Source: an uncultured Ohtaekwangia sp.
GTDB lineage: Bacteria > Bacteroidota > Bacteroidia > Cytophagales > Cyclobacteriaceae
Assembly: GCA_964395905.1 (NCBI GenBank)
Contig: CAYNCP010000002.1
Coordinates: forward strand, 117,320-181,319
Direction of reading: 5' to 3'
Length of the DNA stretch: 64,000 nucleotides
The notes under the pieces are model-generated. The model saw nothing but the letters and a program-made list of their open reading frames with translations. It searched no databases and was not told the DNA's origin. The position numbers and the translations under genes were made by a program. Each line of letters opens with the position of its first letter. Within the stretch, counting starts at the first letter, position 1. Of this stretch, positions 56,701 to 64,000 are shown piece after piece.

Positions 56701-57362
56701 GGTTGAGTATCAATGACAATTGGTGGCGTAAGTGAAACGTTATCCAATCGGTTGGTCGTGTTTGCGTCACGATACAGGCCCCTGATTTCAAGGTTGGCGA
56801 TGTCTGAAAGAAAACTGAGCAGTTGCGCCTCCGTTGCCCAAGGGCCAGAAATGCTGTTTGTTGTTTTCCAGTAACCCAGTGTATTATTTAGCGCCACATT
56901 GTAGCTGCCCCAGGAAGGTGGTGCCGGTGGCTGATTTGAAACGGATGGAAAGTAATAAAGGGAAATGCCGCTATTATTGGTGATGATGACCTCCGCGTAG
57001 GAGTTGGGAAGACCGGTCGAACTTTGTTGGATTTCGTAGTGGAGCGTTCCGTTGTAGTATGAACTTTGATTTCCTCGATAGGCCAAAGGTGCTACAAAAT
57101 TGAAAGGAACATAGAAGGTGGTCATGCCAAGCACAATCACGAAAGGAGTCCCGAAGACATGTCCACCCGGATTGCCACCAGTTGAACTATAGCCAATTGA
57201 GCCATCGGCATCGTTAGGCGTTGTCCATCCCTCAGCATTAGCGTTATAAGTACTTGTGATCTGGCCATAAACCATACCTGTGGTCCATACACCAAAATTT
57301 ATAAACATGATGAGTGATAGTAATCGCATGCAGTTGAAAGATAATTTGGACCCAATGATCAA
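53796..57362 (-). CDS. T9SS type-B CTD (gliding-motility-associated C-terminal domain) surface protein with laminin-IV-like, Ig-like, delta-60 propeller and Ig_7-like domains
   Basis: C-terminus IYNGISPNGD..N..W.I...IYNRWGDLVF...GIYFYKI; alternative start ATG 57329. Confidence 0.9.
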   Translation of the reverse strand: MIIGSKLSFNCMRLLSLIMFINFGVWTTGMVYGQITSTYNANAEGWTTPNDADGSIGYSSTGGNPGGHVFGTPFVIVLGMTTFYVPFNFVAPLAYRGNQSSYYNGTLHYEIQQSSTGLPNSYAEVIITNNSGISLYYFPSVSNQPPAPPSWGSYNVALNNTLGYWKTTNSISGPWATEAQLLSFLSDIANLEIRGLYRDANTTNRLDNVSLTPPIVIDTQPVSQNFTCNGGVVTLATSASGNPGLVYRWQVFNEGTGVYDDLSDTGGYSGSSTATLSINTTGGFGKGNYRCKISGTYASDVFTSSVYIGNSGPGALENTFSPVANSPSNYSEIDDMIVQPDGKILLNFFETGGSQYNMCRLLSNGSLDPGFTQWPFTVFSGRGDRIALQSDGKVLLVGRFTNIAGTNYGRIVRFNSNGSIDATFNSSQSGFNNNVNAIAIQSDNKIVLGGAFTSYNGTLVNRIIRLNSNGSIDGSFGIGTGFNGSVNSIQIQPNGQVLVGGVFTTYNAASVQTIVRLNANGSIDSGFTVPTTAGNVNVTAIQPDGKIVHDINRTELRRLNVNGSLDNTFDDGTGTDLGIYKILFDPSGKILIGGWFQNYNGSPRNFIARLYPDGSVDNFFDAGVGANSLVTSIAPTSGNRVLVAGYFDRWNNLLQNGIAMVDNNCVPIPTAIDNSSCIDTITISACGGSNGQYQWYTVASGGTPIAGETNGSLTISSFDATTTYYVTLVDAVCESPRVPVVATKIPSGISPPVTTSASTCSPAALTLTASGSTDGNYRWYTSPSGGVAIAGQVNSSLTTPILSVTTTYYVAINNGTCESSRTAVTATVTIVAQPSTTDASRCNTGTVTLNATGGTNGQYRWYTVASGGIPIAGETSSSYTTPVLAGTTTYYVSINNGTCESTRTSVVATINATPTAPTSTDGISCGAGAVTLSAAGGINGNYVWYDTPTGGTSIPGQVNSMFTTPVISSTTTYYVAINDGICESTRTPVVATIGGSSCSNSPPVIATASTSTTIAGIATFDLNTLINDVDGNLDPNSIKILIQPISGASASITNGILNINYFAVSFAGQDRITIEACDMVNVCTQQEFIINVDGDVIIYNGISPNGDLFNGKWIIQNIETLPDTKENKVTIYNRWGDLVFEVENYDNDTRVFKGINKHGDDVTTGIYFYKIEFKSGRKALSGYITVKK
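54375..55370 (-). repeat. Four tandem ~80-aa Ig-like repeats within the T9SS protein
   Basis: Repeated G.Y.WY...SGG..I.G....S.TTP....TTTYYV...G.CES.R..V.AT. Confidence 0.85.
55400..56420 (-). repeat. About seven delta-60 beta-propeller repeats within the T9SS protein
   Basis: Repeated (A/I)IQ.DGKI(L/V)..G.F and RL..NGS.D..F units. Confidence 0.8.
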
Positions 57363-57446
57363 TAGTGAAGATAGATTAAGGTCTGTATAGTTTTATACGT
57401 TTTAACCCTTTTAATTTATTGCTTAGTTTTGTGGCAGATTGAAGCA

Positions 57447-59882
57447 ATGGCGCAGAATTCATACAAGTCCAATACGTTTAAGAAATCAGATAAAAAGAAA
57501 AAGAATGGAGGTTCTAAGTTTTCTTTTTCCTTTTTCAGCGATCCTCGGCTAAAGCTGGCATTTGGATTTTTTCTGTTGATTGCCTCATTGTATTTGGTTA
57601 CAGCATTCATTTCATACCTGTTTACCGGCAAGGCGGATCAAAGTGTGGTGGAGGCATTGGGTGAAACCGGAATCCTGAGCTCAGGTCAGGAGGTGGAAAA
57701 CTGGCTGGGCCTGTACGGTGCCATTACCTCTCACTATTTCATATTCAGATGGTTTGGCATCTCTGCATTTTTCATCCCGCCCATGCTGTTTATCCTTGGA
57801 TTCAGGATGGTGTTTAAAAGAACTCTACTTCCACTTTTCTCCGTTTTTATTTTTTCTCTTTTTTCCGGTCTGTGGTTAAGTCTGCTGCTGGGATATATTA
57901 CCCATAGCATTTCGGGTGTTCATGAGGTCAATTTTTTGAGCGGAGGACTTGGATATGAATTGGCAAAAATAGCGGATGGGCTATTGGGGTGGGGAACTTT
58001 TCTTGTATTGGTGTTTTCGCTTTTCGTCTTTATCATTTACTTCTTCAACGTCACTGCCATCAATGCATTTCAGTTGAAAGATCCCAAACCCATGGGTAAC
58101 GCAGCTTTAGCTGATGACATTAAGCCAACGTACCTGGATGATCAGGACAATTGGAAGGCGCAATTGGATGAAGAAAATGAAACGGAAGTAAGTCAGGCCA
58201 GTGAGGAGATTACCGAAGAAGAAACTCCTGAGGAAAGCCCGGAGATTGTTTTGTCATCTGAAGTAAAAAAACCCGTAAAAGATCCAAAGGCGGAACCTTC
58301 GTTTGTCGTTGAAGAAACTAAGGAGATGGATGTGATTGCTGGTAGGCTGGTAGCTGAGCATGGCGTCTATGATCCAACCATGGACCTGAGTAAGTATAAA
58401 TTTCCACCCCTCGAATTGCTGGATGAATACGATTCAGGAAAAGTTCAGGTAACGCAGGAGGAACTAACACAAAATAAGGACAGGATTCTTGAGACATTAA
58501 CCAATTTTAAAATTGGAATCTCCAGCATCAAAGCCACCATTGGTCCTACGGTAACTTTGTATGAAATCGTGCCAGAGGCTGGAATTAAGATTTCTAGAAT
58601 CAAAAACCTGGAAGACGATATAGCGCTTAGCTTGTCGGCTTTGGGCATTCGAATCATTGCACCCATACCGGGAAAAGGAACAATTGGCATTGAGGTTCCC
58701 AATAAGAACAGAGAAATGGTTGGCATCCGCCAGGTGCTCAGCACGGAGAAATTCATGAAATCTGATAAGGAGCTTCCCATAGCCCTTGGTAAGACCATTT
58801 CAAATGAGGTGCTTGTAATAGACCTGGCCAAAATGCCTCACTTGCTGGTGGCAGGAGCTACAGGCCAGGGAAAGTCAGTGGGACTTAATGTCATTCTTAC
58901 CTCCTTATTGTATAAGAGACATCCGAGCCAACTTAAGTTTGTCCTGGTTGATCCGAAAAAAGTGGAGATGTCACTTTTTAGCAAGATTGAAAGGCACTAC
59001 CTGGCCAAACTCCCCAATAGTGAAGAAGCCATCATCACCGACACACGCAAAGTGGTGCATACGCTTAACTCGTTATGCATAGAGATGGAGCACAGGTATG
59101 AGATGATGAAAGATGCGGGTGCCAGAAACCTGAAGGAATACAACACGAAGTTTGTTGCCAGAAAACTAAACCCGCAGGATGGTCACCGTTTTATGCCTTA
59201 CATTGTTTTGGTGATCGATGAATTGGCTGACTTGATGATGACAGCCGGAAAAGAAGTAGAGACACCGATCGCCAGGTTGGCACAATTGGCCCGTGCAATT
59301 GGCATCCATTTGGTTGTGGCCACCCAGCGGCCTTCCGTTAATGTCATTACGGGTGTGATAAAAGCCAATTTCCCTGCCCGGCTTTCATTTCGCGTGACAT
59401 CCAAAGTAGATTCTCGCACCATCCTCGACACGGGAGGAGCGGATCAGCTTATCGGACAGGGTGACATGCTGCTTTCTGCCGGATCTGATATCATCAGATT
59501 GCAGTCTCCATTTGTAGATACGCACGAAGTGGAGAAAATATGTGAATTCATTGGCAACCAGCGTGGATATGACTCGGCTTATCTGCTTCCTGAGTTTGAA
59601 GATGACGAAGCGGGTGCGGCAAAAGTGGACCTCAGCGAAAGAGATGCCCTTTTTGAAGACGCTGCCCGATTGATTGTGTCCCATCAGCAGGGGAGCACCT
59701 CATTAATTCAGCGCAAGCTCAAATTGGGCTACAACCGGGCCGGTAGGCTAATTGACCAATTGGAAGCAGCAGGAATTGTGGGAGCTTTTGAAGGTTCTAA
59801 AGCCCGGGAAGTATTAATTTCGGATGAGGTAAGTTTGGAACAATTATTGAATGATTTAAAAGAGAAACATAGTCCTTCATAA
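57447..59882 (+). CDS. ftsK: DNA translocase FtsK
   Basis: N-terminal TM helices; MPHLLVAGATGQGKS, VIDELADLM, ATQRPS, gamma domain QRKLKLGYNRAGR; TAGTTTTG element at 57424-57431. Confidence 0.97.
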   Translation: MAQNSYKSNTFKKSDKKKKNGGSKFSFSFFSDPRLKLAFGFFLLIASLYLVTAFISYLFTGKADQSVVEALGETGILSSGQEVENWLGLYGAITSHYFIFRWFGISAFFIPPMLFILGFRMVFKRTLLPLFSVFIFSLFSGLWLSLLLGYITHSISGVHEVNFLSGGLGYELAKIADGLLGWGTFLVLVFSLFVFIIYFFNVTAINAFQLKDPKPMGNAALADDIKPTYLDDQDNWKAQLDEENETEVSQASEEITEEETPEESPEIVLSSEVKKPVKDPKAEPSFVVEETKEMDVIAGRLVAEHGVYDPTMDLSKYKFPPLELLDEYDSGKVQVTQEELTQNKDRILETLTNFKIGISSIKATIGPTVTLYEIVPEAGIKISRIKNLEDDIALSLSALGIRIIAPIPGKGTIGIEVPNKNREMVGIRQVLSTEKFMKSDKELPIALGKTISNEVLVIDLAKMPHLLVAGATGQGKSVGLNVILTSLLYKRHPSQLKFVLVDPKKVEMSLFSKIERHYLAKLPNSEEAIITDTRKVVHTLNSLCIEMEHRYEMMKDAGARNLKEYNTKFVARKLNPQDGHRFMPYIVLVIDELADLMMTAGKEVETPIARLAQLARAIGIHLVVATQRPSVNVITGVIKANFPARLSFRVTSKVDSRTILDTGGADQLIGQGDMLLSAGSDIIRLQSPFVDTHEVEKICEFIGNQRGYDSAYLLPEFEDDEAGAAKVDLSERDALFEDAARLIVSHQQGSTSLIQRKLKLGYNRAGRLIDQLEAAGIVGAFEGSKAREVLISDEVSLEQLLNDLKEKHSPS

Positions 59883-59902
59883 ACCGTCTTCAACCAGAAC
59901 TA

Positions 59903-60544
59903 ATGAAAAAGAGCCTATTCACGCTATTATTTGTAGTTTTTGTACAGTACCTGTTTGCCCAATACGACCCCAAAGCCCTGGAGATACTGGAGGCCATGAG
60001 CAATAAATACAAAAATTTATCCTCCTTTCAGGCCAACCTGACCTCATCCCTCACCAATGAAACAGATGGAATCAATGAGGAATTCACCGGTAAAATCACT
60101 GTGAAGGGAGATAAATTCAAGTTGGAAATAGAAGACCAGGAGATCATTAACAATGGCACTACTGTGTGGACTTACCTGCCTTCAGCCAAAGAGGTAAATA
60201 TCGACAATGTGGACCCCGACACCGATGAGATGAATCCCTCCAGGTTCTACATCATGTACAAAAAGGGCTATAAATACTTATACCTCGAAGACCAGACCGA
60301 TGGTGGTGTGCTGTGTGAAGTCGTAGACCTGGTGCCTGAAAAGAAAGATGCGCAGTACTTTAAGATAAGGATGAACATCAATAAAAAAGACAAGAGCATC
60401 CAGAGCTGGACCATGTTTGACAAATCAGGAAACAGATACAAATACTCCATCAGTAAGTTTCAGCCCAATGTAAAGGTGGACGACTCATTTTTTACATTCG
60501 ATCCCAAAAAATATCCGGGAGTTGAAGTCATCGATCTCAGGTAA
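59903..60544 (+). CDS. lolA: Outer-membrane lipoprotein carrier protein LolA
   Basis: Signal peptide; KGDKFKL, NNGTTVWTY..KEV; directly downstream of ftsK as in the conserved ftsK-lolA pair. Confidence 0.85.
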   Translation: MKKSLFTLLFVVFVQYLFAQYDPKALEILEAMSNKYKNLSSFQANLTSSLTNETDGINEEFTGKITVKGDKFKLEIEDQEIINNGTTVWTYLPSAKEVNIDNVDPDTDEMNPSRFYIMYKKGYKYLYLEDQTDGGVLCEVVDLVPEKKDAQYFKIRMNINKKDKSIQSWTMFDKSGNRYKYSISKFQPNVKVDDSFFTFDPKKYPGVEVIDLR

Positions 60545-60627
60545 TTCGGATCCAAATATCGTTGGGAGGGCGTTTATAATACCAGGGGCAGCCCTTTTTA
60601 TTGGTTCAGGCTGCTTATTTTTGTTTC

Positions 60628-61443
60628 ATGACCCGCGCTGAACTCTTTGAACAAATAAAAAGCAAGCAATCTTATTTATGCGTTGGCCTGGACACAGACT
60701 TGGATAAAATTCCGAGGCATCTGCTTAAATATGAGGATCCCGTTTTTGAGTTCAACAAACAGATCATTGATGCCACTAAAGAATATGCCGTGGCTTATAA
60801 ACCAAACACAGCATTTTACGAAGCACTTGGTTCGCATGGATGGAAGAGCCTTCAAAAAACCGTAGACTATTTCCCCAACGACATTTTTGCCATAGCCGAT
60901 GCCAAACGTGGAGATATTGGAAATACATCTGCACTCTATGCCAGGGCTTTTTTTGAGAAAATGACTTTTGATGCGATCACCGTGGCCCCTTATATGGGTA
61001 AGGACTCAATCACCCCTTTTCTGAAAGACCACAAGTGGATTGTCGTGCTGGTGCACACCTCTAACCCTGGTAGTGCCGATTTTCAACTTTTGGAGTCAAA
61101 GGAAACGGGAAAGAAATTTTACGAGGAGGTTATTAACCAAACACAAAAGTGGGCCACACCAGATAATTTGATGTACGTGATCGGAGCAACCCGGGCTGAC
61201 AAGATGATGTCTATCAGGGCACTTGCCAGGCAACACTTCTTCCTGGTGCCCGGTGTGGGTGCACAAGGTGGTGATCTGGCAGAAGTGAGCCGGTATGGTT
61301 TCAACACGCAGTGCGGCTTGCTGGTGAATTCCTCGAGGAGCATCATTTATGCTTCACAGGGGGAAGATTTTGCCGAGAAGGCTGCTTTGGAAGCAAAGAA
61401 AATACAAAGTGAAATGAAAATACTTTTGGATAAGTATCTTTAG
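60628..61443 (+). CDS. pyrF: Orotidine-5'-phosphate decarboxylase
   Basis: LCVGLD, YKPNTAFYE, DAKRGDIGNT, PYMG.D, TSNPG, LVPGVGAQGG, NSSR. Confidence 0.96.
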   Translation: MTRAELFEQIKSKQSYLCVGLDTDLDKIPRHLLKYEDPVFEFNKQIIDATKEYAVAYKPNTAFYEALGSHGWKSLQKTVDYFPNDIFAIADAKRGDIGNTSALYARAFFEKMTFDAITVAPYMGKDSITPFLKDHKWIVVLVHTSNPGSADFQLLESKETGKKFYEEVINQTQKWATPDNLMYVIGATRADKMMSIRALARQHFFLVPGVGAQGGDLAEVSRYGFNTQCGLLVNSSRSIIYASQGEDFAEKAALEAKKIQSEMKILLDKYL

Positions 61444-61456
61444 GTATTCACACACC

Positions 61457-62743
61457 ATGCAGGAGTCATTCCTTCATTACATATGGCAATTTCAATATTT
61501 TGACAAGAAGGACCTCAAAACTTCACAGGGAGAGAAATTGGACATTTTTAAGCCTGGGCTTCTGAATGGTGACTCCGGAGCTGACTTTTCCGATTCAAAA
61601 ATGCGAATAGGAGAAATGGATTGGGCAGGAAGCGTAGAAATCCACACCAAATCTTCAGGCTGGTACGACCATCACCATGACAGCGACCCAGCTTACGAAA
61701 ATGTGATCTTGCATGTGGTCTGGCAAGAGGATAAACCAGTGTTCCGTCAGGATGGTACTCCGCTGCCCACCCTTGTGCTGGAGAACAGGGTGGATGGAAA
61801 CTTGATCGAACGCTATCGTATCCTGCTTGAAAACCCGTCTGCTATACCATGCGAAAAACAATTCAATGGTGTGGATGAATTGATCATCCACTCCATGTTA
61901 GATAAGTCGCTGCTGCAACGATTAGAAACAAAAGCGGCCCAAATACTGCAGTTGCTACACGATGTCAAGCATGACTGGGAGGCAGTTACTTATCAATTAA
62001 TGGCCAGGAATTTTGGATTCAAAATTAACCGAGATCCTTTTCTTCAGTTGGCCAATTCAGTCAGGCGAAATATTTTGTTAAAGCATAGCGATAATCTTAC
62101 ACAGGTTGAAGCTTTGCTTTTTGGCCAAGCGGGATTTTTGGATTATGGCATCAAGGATGAGTACTTACAGCTTTTGAAAAGGGAGTACAAGATACTTTCA
62201 AGCAAGTATGGATTGGAAAATCAAAAGGTGAGTGGTGAATCATGGAAGTTTCTCAGGTTGCGGCCCGCCAATTTCCCCACCATAAGAATTGCCCAGTTTA
62301 GCGCATTGTTTTGTAAGAACAAGGATTTATTTTCTAAACTGACAGAATCAGAAAACGCTCAGCAATTGATCGATTTGTTTGATGTGAGCACTTCTGAATA
62401 CTGGCATCACCATTATCGATTCGGCCGAAAAACAGCCAGGTCGATTTCAAAATTAGGGATAGAGAGCATTAATAATATTATCATCAACACCGTTGCCCCA
62501 TTGCTGGTGGCTTACGGGAAATCTCAGGATGACCAGCACTACGTGGACAAAGCGCTTATGTACCTTCATAAGGTGGAGGCAGAGAAAAATAAAATTACAA
62601 AATCCTGGGGCGAATTGGGCTTGACTGCCAGGGATGCGTTTGACTCTCAGGCAATTATTGAACTGAACAATAATTACTGTTTAAAGCGAAGATGTCTTGC
62701 ATGTAACATAGGGATTGCCATCCTCAAGCCAGTTGTAAAATGA
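61457..62743 (+). CDS. DUF2851 family protein
   Basis: E.FLHYIW, G.DF, WAGSVEIH..SS.WY.H.H..DPAY.NVILHVVW, RPANFPTIRIAQ, C....C..C at C-terminus. Confidence 0.85.
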   Translation: MQESFLHYIWQFQYFDKKDLKTSQGEKLDIFKPGLLNGDSGADFSDSKMRIGEMDWAGSVEIHTKSSGWYDHHHDSDPAYENVILHVVWQEDKPVFRQDGTPLPTLVLENRVDGNLIERYRILLENPSAIPCEKQFNGVDELIIHSMLDKSLLQRLETKAAQILQLLHDVKHDWEAVTYQLMARNFGFKINRDPFLQLANSVRRNILLKHSDNLTQVEALLFGQAGFLDYGIKDEYLQLLKREYKILSSKYGLENQKVSGESWKFLRLRPANFPTIRIAQFSALFCKNKDLFSKLTESENAQQLIDLFDVSTSEYWHHHYRFGRKTARSISKLGIESINNIIINTVAPLLVAYGKSQDDQHYVDKALMYLHKVEAEKNKITKSWGELGLTARDAFDSQAIIELNNNYCLKRRCLACNIGIAILKPVVK

Positions 62744-64000
62744 TGGCGGTGATTTCAGCAGCAGGCTTATGTCTATTCATTTTTATTATCATTAAGGTTT
62801 ACCCGTCACAAAGTAATATCATTAAAGTATTTTACTTCCCCGCCCTTGGCCTGAAAATTATCAGTGGTATATCACTCGGATTGATTTACACCTATTACTA
62901 CTCCGTTGGGGATACATTTGGTTTTTTTGATGACGCGCTAAAGGTAGCTGCACTTTCTCATGGCCACATTTCTGATTACCTGAACTTTTTACTTGTTGGC
63001 AACAATCAATCTCCGATCGTAAGTGAATTGATCAATACGCAGGAACGATCCCTGTTTCTGGTAAAAATATTGAGTGTGGTATCCCTGTTTTCGTTTAGCA
63101 ACTACTGGATTGCTTCATTTTATTTATCAGCGGCTTCTTTTCTCGGTTCGTGGTATCTGTTTACCAAAATCAGCTTGATTGATAAAGATGCGATTGTCTC
63201 ATCTGCCATTTCTTTTCTGTTGTTGCCTTCATTTCTGTTTTGGAGTTCAGGTATAATCAAGGAGAGCCTTGCTGCAGGGTCAATCATGTTTCTATCCGGA
63301 GCATTTCTATTTATGATCAAAAAACAAAAACTACATTACTGGGAGTGGATCGTTGGTTTGATTTCCGCTGTGATACTATGGAACTTGAAGTATTACTGGG
63401 CCGTGTTGTTCATTCCAGCAGCCATCACATCGTTGGTTGTCATTAGGTTCATCAGTCCTTGGATTCCAGATCGGTTTCGTGCTGCAGAGACATTGATCTG
63501 GACCCTCGTTTTTCTTTCAATGATACTTTTGGCCAGCACCATCCATCCCAATTTTTATTTGAGCAGAGTTTTGCAAGTCGTGGTCGAAAATCATGATGCC
63601 TATGTCATCGTGTCTGGCGACAAACCATTTGTTGAATTTAACTTACTGGAACCAACCTGGAAAAGCGTTTTAATGAATAGCCCCTGGGCGCTTTTTTCGG
63701 GACTATTCCGTCCTTTTATTTTTGAGGCATCAACGCTGTTTCAGGGAATCGTAGGCCTGGAAAATATGTTGTTGCTCTTGCTGACCATTTACAACCTGAG
63801 GTATCTCTCACTATTTTGGAATTCCGATGAACGGCACATGATTTTTGGCCTGATGGTGTATATTTCATTGCTTGCAATCTTCCTTACGCTTTCCACTCCT
63901 AATTTTGGCACCCTATCGCGATATCGGGTAGGGTTTCTTCCGTTCTATTTCTTTTTATTACTGTACTATCCAATTAAGAATTTCAAGCCGCTGAAATTAA
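62740..64000 (+). CDS. Polytopic membrane protein (GT-C/Wzy-like), truncated by window edge, absent from ORF track
   Basis: ATG 62740 overlaps the DUF2851 stop; many TM helices; YYSVGDT..FF loop, LPSFLFWSSGIIKE, NFGTLSRYR. The start and last codons read open by hand; the middle was not checked codon by codon. Confidence 0.75.
   Translation, partial: MMAVISAAGLCLFIFIIIKVYPSQSNIIKVFYFPALGLKIISGISLGLIYTYYYSVGDTFGFFDDALKVAALSHGHISDYLNFLLVGNNQSPIVSELINTQERSLFLVKILSVVSLFSFSNYWIASFYLSAASFLGSWYLFTKISLIDKDAIVSSAISFLLLPSFLFWSSGIIKESLAAGSIMFLSGAFLFMIKKQKLHYWEWIVGLISAVILWNLKYYWAVLFIPAAITSLVVIRFISPWIPDRFRAAETLIWTLVFLSMILLASTIHPNFYLSRVLQVVVENHDAYVIVSGDKPFVEFNLLEPTWKSVLMNSPWALFSGLFRPFIFEASTLFQGIVGLENMLLLLLTIYNLRYLSLFWNSDERHMIFGLMVYISLLAIFLTLSTPNFGTLSRYRVGFLPFYFFLLLYYPIKNFKPLKL

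Noticed and set aside
51834-59882. xerD and ftsK proximity suggesting a nearby dif site
   Set aside because: No dif-like 28-mer seen by eye in the intergenic regions; these genes need not lie at the terminus.
2600-63446. The many other 60-140 aa ORFs in the track nested in or antisense to long genes
   Set aside because: They are shadow ORFs of well-supported CDSs, with no motifs or independent expression signals.

Overview
Bacterial chromosomal window. It is Bacteroidota, most likely Cytophagales, judged by T9SS genes (porT, a type-B CTD adhesin, a PorE-like OmpA protein), TAnnTTTG-type promoters and typical core-gene neighbourhoods. It is densely coding, with about 50 CDS and one tRNA-Asn(GTT); I saw no rRNA, CRISPR array, transposase or prophage. 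The six-frame track misses two real genes that run off the edges: a secreted serine-hydrolase/N-acyl-D-amino-acid-deacylase fusion (1885 to <1, minus) and a polytopic membrane protein (62740 to >64000). Core genes include ahcY, nhaC, rsgA, waaA, lysC, fbp, engB, menG, cdd, rnhA, aroQ, xerD, pyrD, ftsK, lolA and pyrF. The best candidate for an undescribed system is a four-gene minus-strand operon (47237-42382) closed by a hairpin. It encodes a SiaC/DUF1987 phosphoprotein with Thr68 kept, an ABCG-like half transporter with an N-terminal TerB-like and a possibly degenerate FHA-like module, a helical lipoprotein and a Cys-containing secreted protein. Other notable items: a membrane-anchored LytTR regulator with no kinase or receiver, divergent from a MotA/ExbB-like membrane protein; a broken 5'-half copy of tRNA-Asn carrying a perfect 20-bp palindrome; a RidA lipoprotein; and a T9SS adhesin with a laminin-IV-like domain. 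All family calls come from motif recognition by eye; no database search was run.
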